DNA from: Octopus vulgaris
Lineage: Eukaryota
Assembly: GCA_951406725.2 (NCBI GenBank)
Contig: OX597825.1
Location: 79,732,001 to 79,796,000 of the forward strand
Reading direction: 5' to 3'
Length of the DNA: 64,000 bases
The notes under the pieces are model-generated. The model was not told the DNA's origin. It saw only the letters and a program-made list of their open reading frames with translations, and did not search any database. Positions 12,520-26,589 of this stretch are shown here, piece after piece. The number at the start of each line of letters is the position of its first letter. The first letter of the stretch is position 1. The translations under genes were made by a program, and so were the position numbers.

Positions 12520-12709
12520 GGTATGTACATATATGTATGTATATATGCATATATTTATATTATTACATACATACATACATATACACACACACACACACAC
12601 ATATGCGCGCACATATATTAATGTTTGTTTTTATGTCAAGTTATATATAGGAGCCGTGTAACATTAAACTGAAAGGTAATTTCATATTTTTACCAGATAC
12701 ATACATATA

Positions 12710-12966
12710 TTGGGTTGGTGCATAATTATTGCAGCTTTTTTTCAACAAATTTTATTCAACAAAAGCAATAAGAATACTTAACAAAGAAATCTTTAAATGA
12801 CGGTCTGACCATCTGCCAAGCAAATAGGAAGCAGTAATTGAAGTAGATGGTGAATATGCTCCGGAATAATCATTTAAAGATGTTTTTGTTACGTGTTGTT
12901 TTTGTTTTTGTTGAATAAAATGTGTTGAAAAAAAAAAAAGGCCGCAATAATTATGCACCAACCCAA
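12710..12966 (+). mobile_element. Internally deleted mariner (MITE)
   Basis: TIRs TTGGGTTGGTGCATAATTATTGC / GCAATAATTATGCACCAACCCAA with TA TSD. Internal remnant GLDHLPSK*EAVIEVDGEYAPE* resembles a mariner transposase C-terminus. Confidence 0.85.
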
Positions 12967-13366
12967 TATAAAAACTAACAACCAAGCAATTCCCTTATCT
13001 TTTCAAAATGACAACTGTGTAAATGGAACGACGCGAAATCTTGAAGTTCGTAGTCAAAGATATGAATAACAGAATAAAACATGAGAAACAGTGATAAAAT
13101 ATTAAATATCAAATATCAAATGTCTGCTTGTCGTGTTTAAAGAAGGAGGAATGCTGTATCTGGCGGCCCTTGGCAGGGAAAGAATGTAATTTATGATTTG
13201 ATCACCCTTTTGAGTTTGATAATGCCTTTGACGTTATCAGCATTTGACAAAGAATTATTTTCAAAGAATTGCTTTCAAAAGAATTGTTTTCAAAAGCTTC
13301 GGTAACGTGTCAAGGTTGAATTCTGAAGAAAAGCTAAAAACATTTGCACTTTTATCCGATTTCTTT

Positions 13367-14900
<1,534 letters not shown>

Positions 14901-14932
14901 CCCTAGCCAAAACACACTGTTTTCTATTACAG

Positions 14933-15102
14933 ATGCTACATCAGTGTGGTGGTGCTACACTCCTTTATATATGCCATGGGGGGCTACGATGGCCAAGTAC
15001 GCCAGAACACGGCTGAACGCTACAACAAAAACAAAAACCAATGGAGCTTCATTCAACCGATGCATCACCAACGCAGTGATGCAAGCGCCACAGTTCTCTA
15101 CG
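14933..15102 (+). CDS. KLHL10: KLHL10-like exon 3
   Basis: tacag| CYISVVVLHSFIYAMGGYDGQVRQNTAERYNKNKNQWSFIQPMHHQRSDASATVLY |gtaaat. Confidence 0.9.
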
Positions 15103-16169
15103 GTAAATAGTTTATAGACGTTCTTCCATACTTACTCAAGATACTCTAGATCGTCAGCTGTCGTCTGCCATGCAGCAAGAATGGTGGTTGTACATGTGTG
15201 AGCAAATGTGTGATTAAAACTGGGGTGTTGTGGAATTTATCTGTGAGACAGAAAAGCAGCTTATTGGTCCGTTTTTAAATGTCTGCGTCTCAGCTAACAA
15301 TTACCACGAAATTTTGGTGGTCTTCCTGTGTCTCTCAATTACCAAATGTGTTTTGAAAGAGCTGTTTTTTTAAATCTTTTTTCGTTTACAAGTGGCAATG
15401 ATGATATGAATAGTTGTGTTGTTGAATGCAGTTCTGTAGGCTTTATGTGGATTGCTGATGTGTTGCTTGTGGAGACATCAGCATAGCAAGCAATATTTCT
15501 AATCAAGGTATTTGCTTTCTAGACGGAAGTTCAGTATATTTCGGCAATTGCTTGTCGTATCCTTTCCTTCAACGTCTTGAGTCTTAATGGCACTAGTCGT
15601 GTTTTTATGCCGCTCCCCTTGGCACTTTTTTTCTTCTTTTAATGAAGACCATGTGAAATTTATGACTGCTCGAGAAATTCCGTGCTGCATGTGTATGTAT
15701 ATATATATACATACACATGCAGCAAGGAATTTTGTCGCGGTCTCAGAGCGACGAAAATATTTTGGCAAATTAAATTTAAATGTTGAAGTGAATGTGTGTG
15801 TAGTGTGTACATATTTATATACTTGTATATCTGCACACTTTATTTGGGACGGGATTGACGCCGGTGGTAAATTAGTGAGAGAACTTCTACAAGGTCGCTC
15901 GACCGGCTAGAAATAGGAGGCAAATCTCCCTCCAAAGTGGTGTCTTTGTTAATGTTTTGAAGGAGAGAAAGCAAAAAGAAACGATAGAATGATAACATTT
16001 GGAGTGTTTTTGTTCAGAGTTGTCTGGGGGTTAAACAACAATAACAACCGGACCACGATGTAAAAAATGGCACACATAACATATTAATGGAGAAGGACAT
16101 GTTTTGAGGGTTGATGGATGATGAGAATAATGATAATAATCGAGATAGATAGCTAGCTAGCTAGCTAGC

Positions 16170-16249
<80 letters not shown>

Positions 16250-16554
16250 AAATGGGTGGATGCATGGATGGATCGATCGATCGATGGACGGACGGACAGA
16301 TTGACAGATGGACGGGCGGGCAGACGGATGGGTGGGCAGACGGACGGATTGGATGGATGGAGGGAAGGACAGATGAACATACAGACAGACACACACACAC
16401 ACACACACAGACATATAGACCGATACATAGACAGATGCGTGGCTGAACAGACAGGTAGGTAGATAGACAAACAGACAGGCAGACAGAGAGACAAATGGGC
16501 GGATTGAGAGAAAGGATTACATAAATGAATTTTGTTCTTTCGCTTTTGTTTCAG

Positions 16555-16826
16555 ATCATATTTACATATGTGGGGGATTCGATGGCCAAGAGATTCTTAA
16601 TTCGGCTGAATATTACGAATCCGGTTTAAACCAATGGACACTGATTCCACCAATGTTAAGTCTTCGAAGTGGCGTCCGTATTGTTGCTCACAATCACTTT
16701 CTATACGCATTGGGAGGTTTCAACGGAGCCAATCGATTGAGTTCTGTTGAACGATACAATCATGAAACGAATAGCTGGGAAAATGTCTCCGAAATGGACA
16801 CGCCGAGAAGTAATTTTGCAATCGAG
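16555..16826 (+). CDS. KLHL10: KLHL10-like exon 4
   Basis: ttcag| (D)HIYICGGFDGQEILNSAEYY..LYALGGFNGANRLSSVERY..PRSNFAIE |gtagga. Confidence 0.9.
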
Positions 16827-17653
16827 GTAGGAACCATCAACTTTTATACATCGTGGGCCCTGTTTCCTCCCTTCTTCACCGAACTTTGAATAACCAATTA
16901 TCTATCTGCCTGTTTGTTCTAATAACCTATCTACCTATCTTTCTGACTATCTTTCTTTCGTTTTAATCTAACTTACTCTTTCTGGGTCTGTCAAATCCGT
17001 CCGTCTCTGTCTCTCTGTCTGCCTGTCTGTCTGATGTAGAGACTTCTTGAGTGAGAATATATATGTATGGTAACCATAAAAATCAGTAAAAAGCAGGGCT
17101 ACAGTGAAACTAGGATAGAATTCAGATTGCTTTTACTGTGTCTGTTTAGACCGGTGGTGCATTGAGTTACAGAATTTCGAAACAAACTTGTTGAAGTGAC
17201 GAGACGTCTGCCAAAAATTCTGATCTTCTAAAACACGCACCAACACAGATCCCGCTCCATGATCCAATTGGTAATTTCCGAAATCCAACCAACAGTCCAC
17301 TAAAGTTCCACACATCACACAAAGATCCGCGTACAGCAGGGCCACGTTTTCATCTGTTCTCGCAAAAATACTACTAATAGCTAACCTCATACTGCAACAC
17401 TAGTTACCTCACTATGCAGAACAGTGGCAGCAGGCTCTCATTCCAATTTAATGTCGCTAAATTGTCAAATTCCACAACTGGTAGACTTACTGCCGCCGCC
17501 AGACTGTCCCTTTTACCACATACGTGGAACAATAAGAACATTTTGTTGCCGCTCTATTGTCAACTTCAACTCGTGAAATTACTAAGCAATGGAGGTCTCC
17601 AATTATTCTTACTTCGAAGTTATATTTATTTATCTTCTCCACTCTAAGCCTAA

Positions 17654-17694
17654 GCGTCCGATGAACTTGACATCCACGAAACTTCGAGTAATGC
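17654..17694 (+). ncRNA. Degenerate hammerhead-like motif
   Basis: GCGT-CCGATGA-acttgacatccac-GAAA-CT(tcg)AG-TA-ATGC. Stems I and III pair, stem II is decayed. AATAAA ~20 nt downstream. Confidence 0.45.
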
Positions 17695-17869
17695 GCAGCT
17701 TATTCTGCTTGTTAATAAACACATTTCACTTCCACTGTGTGTTGAGTGTCTCTTCCTTAGTTTATACTTCTACTTATAGGTGTGTATATGTTTAGACATA
17801 TATACAAAAACACTCATATACATTATATACACACCCGCACGCAAACCTGCCCACACGTCCACATGCATG

Positions 17870-18306
17870 CATGCGTGTACGTATGTAGGTATGTATTTAT
17901 GTATGTATGTATGTATGTATGTATGTATGTATGTATGTATGTATGTTTGTATGTATGTACGTACGTATGTATGTATGTATGTATGTATGTATGTATGTTT
18001 GTATGTATGTATGTTTGTATGTATGTATGTGTGTATGTTTGTATGTATGTACGTACGTACGTATGTATGTATGTATGTATGTATGGATGGATGGATGGAT
18101 GGATGGATGGATGGATGGATGGATGGATGGATGGATGGATGTGTGTGTATGTATGTATGTATGTATGTATGTATGGATGGATAGATGGATGTGTGTGTGT
18201 ATATATGTATGTTTGTATGTATGTATGTATGGATGGATGGATGGATTGATGGATAGATGGATGTGTGTGTGTATGTATGTATGTATGTATGTGTGTATGT
18301 GTGTAT
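17870..18306. repeat. (TATG)n/(GGAT)n microsatellite
   Basis: Directly visible. Confidence 0.95.
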
Positions 18307-19749
18307 GGTAAATAGTTAAGCGAATTCCTAATCAAAACTTTTTCTATAATAAATATGACTCTGTTATTTCATTCTACCATTGAGTCATCCCCATCAGTAA
18401 ATGCTTGCTATTCCTAAAATTTCTTTAAAATAATCAATGAAAGTTAACTCTCACGCACCCACCCACCCACCCACACATTCACACACCCACGCACACAGAC
18501 ATACACATACACAATGAAATAAAGTTCGTTAATACTTCCATGCAGAGTCAAACTCATGTATAACCAGTTATACCCACGGGGTACACTCACAGCTTGACTA
18601 AATATTTCTGTAGTCAACATACTGTTCACGGTTTCTTTAGACATATGTAAGTATTTGAGTATTTCTATCTCTGTGTAAACTTATGTGTAATTGTATGTCC
18701 ATGTGCATATTATACATTGATTAAACTAATTACTATTCTATAATTTTAAGTTTTATGCCAGGGAAAGCAATCTTTGTATGTTCTCTTCATCTATAATAAT
18801 AAAAAAGAAATTCTGTCCGTCCGGGACTCCTGTATCATAGTCTACATTTGCTCTACATAGAGATATATAACTTTTTGGAATCAGTATGATCCCGGGGTTG
18901 CAATTCTGCCCTTCATTTGGTTCTTGAACGCCCAGCGTTGGGATCAGGTCTGGATGAGGATTGTTATATGCTGACAGTTGAAAATTCAAATTTTAAAAGG
19001 ACTCCAAAAATTTGTGAACTTACAAGTTTTCATTTAAGCTGAATTAAAAGTAATACCATATTAGTAGTGTACCAATAAATACTTTATTATTATTGCTCTC
19101 TGTGGTTTTAGGCTGGTTTAGGTCCAATGAGCCCTTCACATGAGCTAGCTTAAAATTCTGCACCGAGTGTGGCTTTTAAGCTAGTATAATATATAATAAT
19201 GAGTGAAAAAGAATGTTTTCATAAATATCAATCAAAATGGTAAATATCGATTAGTACAATAATAAGTGGATTCATCGATAGAAAAGAGCTGTTGTATCTT
19301 GGAAGAGCATATTACTGTGAGCATCCAATGTGCTGTAAAACCTTCTGTTGATGCTGCGATTTACTATAATTGAATCAAGTCATTTCCTTTGTTTTTGTTT
19401 TTTTTTGTGACACTTGCAGAAAATCTCAGATCTTATATTCAAATAGTTCGTAGGATGATTTTAATTAATTTGAATATGATATTTTTCTGACATGCAAAAG
19501 TAGCAATGTCTGAAACCGATCATATTTGGCTTAAAGTAATCCATAATTTGTTACTTAATGTTAAAATTATCTATACTGCTGCCTTTCAATTTTCATGCAT
19601 AATTTGATAATGTTGTAGTAATTCTTTAATTTTCAATCCAGAATAATAAAAAATACAAAAAAAAAAAAAACGTAAGAGACATTCAATGAGTAGTTACTCT
19701 CCGTAAAGCCAGAGAAGTGTTTGACCATAAATACTTCAGTGGAAACTAG

Positions 19750-19978
19750 CTCTTTTACTCTTTTACATGTTTCAGTCATTTGACTGCGGCGATGCTGGAG
19801 CACCGCCTTTAGTCGAGCAAATCGATCCCAGGACTTATTCTTTGTAAGCCTAGTACTTATTCTATCGGTCTCTTTTGCCGAACCGCTAAGTTACGGGGAT
19901 GTAAACACACCAGCATCGGTTGTCAAGCGATGTTGGGGATAAACACAAACACACAAACATATACGCACACACACATAC

Positions 19979-20017
<39 letters not shown>

Positions 20018-20243
20018 CATACATACATACAAACATACATACATACATACATACATACATACATACATACATACATACGACGGGTTTCTTTCAGTTCCCG
20101 TCTACCAAATCCACTCACAAGGCTTTGGTCGGCCCGAGGATATAGTTGAAGACACTTGCCCTAGGTACCACGCAGTGGGACCGAACCCGGAACGGATGTG
20201 GTTGGTAAGCAAGCTACTTACCACACAGCCACTCCTACGCCTG
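19750..20243 (-). mobile_element. tRNA-derived SINE, family B (GGCGCAGGAGTGGCTGTGTGG head, internal microsatellite)
   Basis: Full-length copy. Other copies at ~10275-10625(-), 25530-25690(+), 27509-27880(+), 31588-31972(+), 46190-46535(-), 47655-47860(-), 57077-57445(-). Confidence 0.8.
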
Positions 20244-21230
20244 TAAATGACTGATTTAATTTTGCAGAAGCTATCATATGAGCAATGACACTATAGTTCA
20301 ACATTTAGACGCTGCATTATCTATACTTGTTTATTGAGATTTAGAGGTATAAATACTTTTACCTTAACATTATTACAGTTAGACAATCTTCTGAATCAGT
20401 ACTCGATTCCAAAATGCTTAATGAATACTCAAACTTATGTAATTGAATTAGATTTCGCATTCAACGAAAAACGAGGTTTAGCCAAGCTATATCTATAACG
20501 CGCTTTCTATTATACTCAAAAGGCAGTAGAATAGCAGTGACTTTTAAATATCATGTTAAAATAAATATTTGCTCTGTCTCACGAATAAATGCTCTTTAAT
20601 TTGCCCGTCATACTATTTTGTTTATAGAATGATATAATGTTTATACAATCGTATAATGATATTTCTGAACAAACTGACTCCAAAATGGCTGCTGTTGGTC
20701 TGCATTGACAAAACTTATACAGTACAATGATCTTACCTTGGGGAAAAGGAAATCTGACGTTTCGAACAGATTTCTTCCTCGGGGAAAAATTGAAAGGAGA
20801 GAAGTTTGTGTGTGTGTGTGTGTGTATACACACACACACACGCGCGCGCGCGCGCAAATAACTTTATTTTATAAGTTATTTATAAATTTAACCTTTAAAG
20901 GTATTTTTTGATATGCTGGCCATTGATAAAATCTTTTTTTTTCGAAAAACTTTTATCCTACATTAGTTGTATATATAAATATATGTATGTGTGCGCGCGC
21001 AAGTGCGTGCATATGTGTGTGTACATACATATACATACATACAGCATCTATACAGTCACAATATTTTTTTTTAATAATTTCTTAAAAGTCATTAACTCTT
21101 TAAAAAATGTCTTAGAAAAACAGAATGACAAACTTTTTGTAACAAAATCTTCATATTGTGTGTAAGCGCTTTCATTGATCAATATTTCAAACGAAAGTAT
21201 TATATCCATGAATCTATATAATTTCTGCAG

Positions 21231-21322
21231 GTTTTGGAAGGCATGATATTTGCCATAGGTGGATTTGATGGTTTCAACACCATTTCCCGTGTAGAATGTT
21301 TTGACACTGTCTCAGAGCAATG
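21231..21322 (+). CDS. KLHL10: KLHL10-like exon 5
   Basis: tgcag| VLEGMIFAIGGFDGFNTISRVECFDTVSEQ(W) |gtaagt. Confidence 0.9.
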
Positions 21323-22075
21323 GTAAGTTCCATACAAACCAAAGAGACCATTCTTTCATTTTATACATACTCTTTACTCTTTTACTTGTTTTAGTCATTT
21401 GACTGCGGCCATGCTGGAGCACCGCCTTTAGTCGAGCAAATCGACCCCAGGACTTATTCTTCGTAAGCCTAGTACTTATTCTATCGGTTTCTTTTGCCGA
21501 ACCACTAACTTACTTCTGCCAGCTCGCCGCCTTAATAATAATCCTTTCTACTAAAGACACAAGGCTTGGATTTTGTTGGGAGGGGGACAGTCGATCACAC
21601 CGATCCCAGTACTCAACTGGTACTTAATTTATCGACCCCGAAAGAATGAAAGGCAAAGTCAACCTCGGCGGAATTTGAACTCAGAATGTAGTGACAGACA
21701 AAATACCGCTAAGCATTTCAACCAACGAGCTAACGATTCTGCCAGCTTGCCACCTTAATAATAATAATAATAACAGTTTCAAATTTCGGCACAATGCCAG
21801 CAATTTCAGAGAAGGGGGTAAATTGAATATAGTGACCCCCCAGTGTTCAACTGGTACTTATTTTATCAACCCTGGTGGGGGGGGTGAAAAGCAAAGTCAA
21901 CCTCGGCAGAATACAATTAATAACTACTACTAATAATAATAACAATGAAACAGAACCAGCGTTTGTGTTTTTATTGGCATAATGACCCTTCCAAGATGCA
22001 ACAAAATACGACTGCAATCATTTCATGTTACCTACGTCCATCTTTTTATTTTATTCATTTCTTTTTTTTCACAAG

Positions 22076-22253
22076 GTACAAAACTGCCAGTCTGAACATC
22101 AATCGGAGTGCCCTTAGCGCATGTGTCATCGAGGGTCTCCCCAATGTCAAACCGTATATTAGTGAGAGGAACAGGAAAGAAGGTGGTGCAGGCGGCAATT
22201 CAAAATCAAATTTCTTCCATCCAGAAAGCAACCGTTTCTCTCTTACATATTAA
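22076..22253 (+). CDS. KLHL10: KLHL10-like exon 6 (terminal)
   Basis: Poly-T acaag| YKTASLNINRSALSACVIEGLPNVKPY..FSLTY*. The six exons total 1845 nt, in frame. Confidence 0.85.
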
Positions 22254-22557
22254 GAAAACAAAAATTTGGGCGCGACATACAAAATTCTACTGATACAAGG
22301 AACAAGACAGACAAAATGACAATAATGACGATAATGATAACGATGATGATGATGATGACTATGATAATAATTATAATAATGATGATAATAACAATAATAA
22401 TGATAAAGAGAAAAAATAAAGAAACAATTTTTTATAACAATGTGTTTTCTTTATGCAGCTTTATTTTGAGTAAATATATTTGACCGGAGCAGTAAAAAAA
22501 TAAATAGAAACAAAAAAGAACTTGTCAATGAAGTTATGTAGGAACATTCTAAGAGTG

Positions 22558-22635
<78 letters not shown>

Positions 22636-22808
22636 TAGTAGAGTAGAAGAGTTAACGGTTGGAATAACCGTCTAAGGGATAAGAATATTCGTATTACTAG
22701 CGGTAGAAATTACCCATGTTAACCCTGGGCATACATATGCAGGCATATTATGCTCATAGGATACGGGCAATAACAAAGATAAACAAGAATTTATCAGGAA
22801 TTAAATTT

Positions 22809-23342
22809 GAATTAAGCAGAAAATGGAGAAATCTTGATCAACAACTACTGACTACCATCGATTATTATTTTTTAATACAATAACCTTATCCATCTAACAG
22901 CCGTTTCTGCTTCCAATGTCCTGTAGTTTTGCCAAAGAAAATTCCGAGAATGATATTTGTCATATTTTTTAACACAACCGAACTGGAATATGGAGCTTTA
23001 TCAAAGTGAAGAAAAATACATAAAAGAAAAGAAAAGCCTCGAGAGGAGAATGGAGGTTTAATATATTTGTATCATACCATTTTGCAGTGTAATGCTTCAG
23101 GCCGTTGAGTAAATGGTTGAACTAGAAATATAGTTCAGCCATTTACTATTTTTCTTCACTCTGATGCAGCTCCTTGTTCAAGGTCGTATGTGTTACAAAA
23201 TATGACGAATGAATTTTCTTTGGCAACACTGCAGGACATTGGAAACAGAAACAGCTGTTAGATGGGATAAAGTTTTGTATTAAAAAATAATAATCAATGG
23301 TAGTCAATTGTTGTTGATCAAGATTTCTCCATTTTCTGCTTA

Positions 23343-23346
<4 letters not shown>
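22809..23346. mobile_element. Older fold-back element in (TA)n with a decayed hammerhead (long stem II)
   Basis: Arms ~22809-23018 and 23147-23346. Right arm has CTGATGCA-GCTCC ... GAAACAGCTGTTA. Confidence 0.6.
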
Positions 23347-23377
<31 letters not shown>

Positions 23378-23810
23378 TTAATTCATTAAAGAAAGTTCAA
23401 TAAATTTCATCAAATAGATGAAATGAAGCAGATTAGATGTTAAAATGAAAGGCCATATATTAAAATGATTATAAATTAAGTCTTTTATTGATTATTTGTT
23501 TACATACATTCATACCTATACGATCTAAAAATTCGTAAATAACGTATGATGAAAAGGCATTAGAACTCTATGGAAAAATTCCTATTAAAGGACAAAGATA
23601 TATTCATCCGTAGGCTCGAAGCGTAAAAGACTTTCTCACTTCCCGAGCATTAAACTAATACATATGTTTGTTGTTTAAGCACCCATCTTTGTCTTTTGTT
23701 TGTTTGTAAATTCTCATTATATATATATATATATATATATATATGATCGCCATGTTGATTTGCTAGCTTCTGCACGCATTTTTTTCTCTCCTTGTTTCTT
23801 TTCTGTGTAT

Positions 23811-23846
23811 CTTTCTGTTGAAGAGCGTAGGCTCGAAACGTAAAAG
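23811..23846 (+). ncRNA. Hammerhead-like motif with variant core (CUGUUGA)
   Basis: CTTT-CTGTTGA-A-GAGC(gtag)GCTC-GAAA-CG-TA-AAAG. Related copies at ~23609-23630(+) and ~2361-2397(-), all next to (TA)n or (TATG)n. Confidence 0.5.
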
Positions 23847-23977
23847 ACTTGTTTTATTTATATTCCTGAGCGCCATACTAATACAATTGTTTGTTTGTAT
23901 TCCACCTGCCTTCGTCTTTTGTTTATTTTCATAAAGCTTCCCGTTATATATATATATATATATATATATACTCACAC

Positions 23978-24466
23978 ACGGGATGCAATGAGTAAATTGT
24001 TGCCATTTTATATTCTTAATTTAGTGCATGCACATTGTTCGTTTTTGATTTTGTTGACGACACAGTATAGTAGGGTCAGTTGGGCACCAGCAGTGAGAAA
24101 AACAACACCATGGCGCAATTCACTCTGCCAGAAATTTGGAAATGACATGCTGTAGTGCTTGGCATTCGAACCAGAAGCTCCAATACGAACATTTTAGAGT
24201 GTTTGAATGTTAATCTGAGGACTGCAACCTGAGGGCATGTACCGAGAGTGATAAAACTCAAACATCCAGTCAACATCATGGTGTTCAGAGTGATCACTAG
24301 TGATGCCGACGTTATGCCTCCATTCATGTTCCCACATGGCCTCACACTCAACACGGAGGCCTGCATCAAGTATGTGGAGGAAGTAGTGCTCACTGGGTGA
24401 AGAGGGTTGTTGCTGGCTGTCAATTTCTGCAACCACGTCTCCCCTAACATCTGGTCACCGAACTCC
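23978..24466 (+). mobile_element. Tc1/mariner-superfamily (maT/DD37D-like) transposase remnant
   Basis: KHPVNIMVFRVITSDADVMPPFMFPHGLTLNTEACIKYVEEVV in + frame; internally deleted. Confidence 0.65.
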
Positions 24467-25040
24467 CATCCACAAGGCTTTGGTCAGTCCAAGGCTATTG
24501 TAGAAAACACTTGCCCAAGGTTCCACATAGTGGAACTGAACCCAGAATTATCTGGTTGGATAGCAATCTTCTTACCAAATAGCCACACCTGTTCCTTACA
24601 CTGTTTAATTATCAATTAATTACATATGCAACATTACCTGATGACAGGTAACTATAGTTAGTAAATAGACGGCCACCGGCCATGAACGAATATGGCTCAG
24701 TAATGTGTACCATGCTTTCATTAATTGCTTTAGGTGCCTGTGTAGTCACGAGAAGACACAGGCACACTCTGAACTCAGCCACCTTTTACTTAACCCAGTG
24801 ACACATCCAGAATGTGGCAAAACAAAGGAGGGTAGCTACAACAGCACTCAGCTGAATGGACTGGAACAATGTGAAATGAAGTGCCTTTCTCAAGGACATG
24901 ATGCACTACTTGGTCCACGAATTGAACCCACGACATAACGATAGTGAGCCAACCAAGGGAAATTAATCCAATAAGATGTGAGTTACCTCCCTTGTAAGAT
25001 GGACGGCTAACAAAAAATGTTTGACCTTCAAATAATTATA

Positions 25041-25252
25041 TAAGGGGTGCTAAGAAGATAACGGCTTTGGATAAAGGAAAATACAGGAGGATCAGTTAAT
25101 TATGATTTTATTCAATACATTCCACTGTTCTACACGCTTACTGCAGCGGTCATTCAGATTTTCTAAACTGTGAAAGAACTTAGAATTTTGGGCTTCCAGC
25201 CAGGTCTTTCACAATAGCCTTAAAGTCAGGCACTTTTCAGCACCCCTTTGTA
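25041..25252 (-). mobile_element. Mariner-derived MITE
   Basis: Imperfect TIRs TAAGGGGTGCTAAGAAG.. / ..CTTTTCAGCACCCCTTTGTA. Minus strand LENLNDRCSKRVE.. resembles a transposase C-terminus. Confidence 0.6.
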
Positions 25253-26589
25253 TCATTGATACACGGGTTTGAGCAGTTAGAATTCATAATAGAAGATTGT
25301 CCTTCATCTCATTTACAGAGGTGCATAGGTAGGGTGCCAAAGTGTCACCCTGGATGATACCAGCCACTATGACAAAGAACTCTGTGCCACATTATCTGAA
25401 GAATGATTAAACAAGAAGAAAAACTGAAAATGACTTCAAATCCAGCAAAAGAAATTTGATGCATTTCCAATGAGTAGAATTTCAAAACCCGTCAAGCTTC
25501 ACAGCTGGACACTGTTATTTATGTGGAACGGGCATGGCTGTGTGGTTAGGGAGCTTGCTTCCTAGCTACATGGTTTTGGGTTCAGTCCCACTGCGTGGCA
25601 CTCTGGGTAGGTGTCTTCCACTATAGCCCCCGAGCCGACCGGAGCTTTGTGATTGAATTCGGTAAGTGGAAGTTACTGCCGTGTGTGTATGTGTACGTAT
25701 AGCTGCTCAGTGCCTCTCCGAAAGAGAGAGAGGGAACTCAGAGTTCGGAAATATGGTAGACAATGTTGGTATCGTTGTCTAGTTTCACGTGTCAAACCAA
25801 GTAGAGTATTTAGGCCGTCACTGAAGCACTGAGTTCATCATCAACGTCATTTAAGGTCTGTGTTTCTGGCTGACATGGTTTGGGTTTGTTTCAAGGGATT
25901 CACACAGGTTCAAAGATTGTATCATCCTTTAATGTCTGCCTCAGCATAGTTTCCACACCTTGATGTCCTCATTAACACCAACCACTTTACAATGAAGTAT
26001 ACTATTTTTTTTAGGGGATGGACTGGTTAATTCTTTTGCAGCTCAAACTAAAGGCTCCCAAGACCCAGGTGTTGTTGTTTAGCTCCATCTGAAACAGGGT
26101 GGTGTGTCACACCAACTCTCCACATATCAGACTGTGGTCTGAACTCAAATGTTATCTTGCTCCTACAACACCAACTAAAAGCATTTAAGGACCAGGGGTT
26201 TCTGGTAATGGTAGCAGTAGTATTGGTGTTACTTAACCTCAGGTCATATTGATATAACAGATCTAAGATCAAAGGCATTCCAATCATGACCATCCCATTT
26301 TTTGTACGTCAGACATCAGAATGTCCAATGAATTCTGCATTTTAGATGCTAGGGTATGATTTGAAGGACACTTCCCTACTATTTCTAACAAGTACATTCA
26401 TCAGAGTCACCTCTTTTGATTTCAGGACAACAGAACATATATAAACAGTTAACTATTGGTCAATGTCAGGGTTCTGTCCTCTCTTATGTTTCAAGTTACT
26501 GAGTTGTCCAACCCATGCCAGCATGGACAATGGACATTAAATGATGACAAGTCTCTGACAATTTGATAGTTTTAAAAATCAGAATCTGA

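Noticed and set aside
17133-17390. Possible LTR-retrotransposon integrase tail on the minus strand
   Set aside because: Only a vague resemblance (WQTSRHFN); no catalytic motifs or paired LTRs seen.
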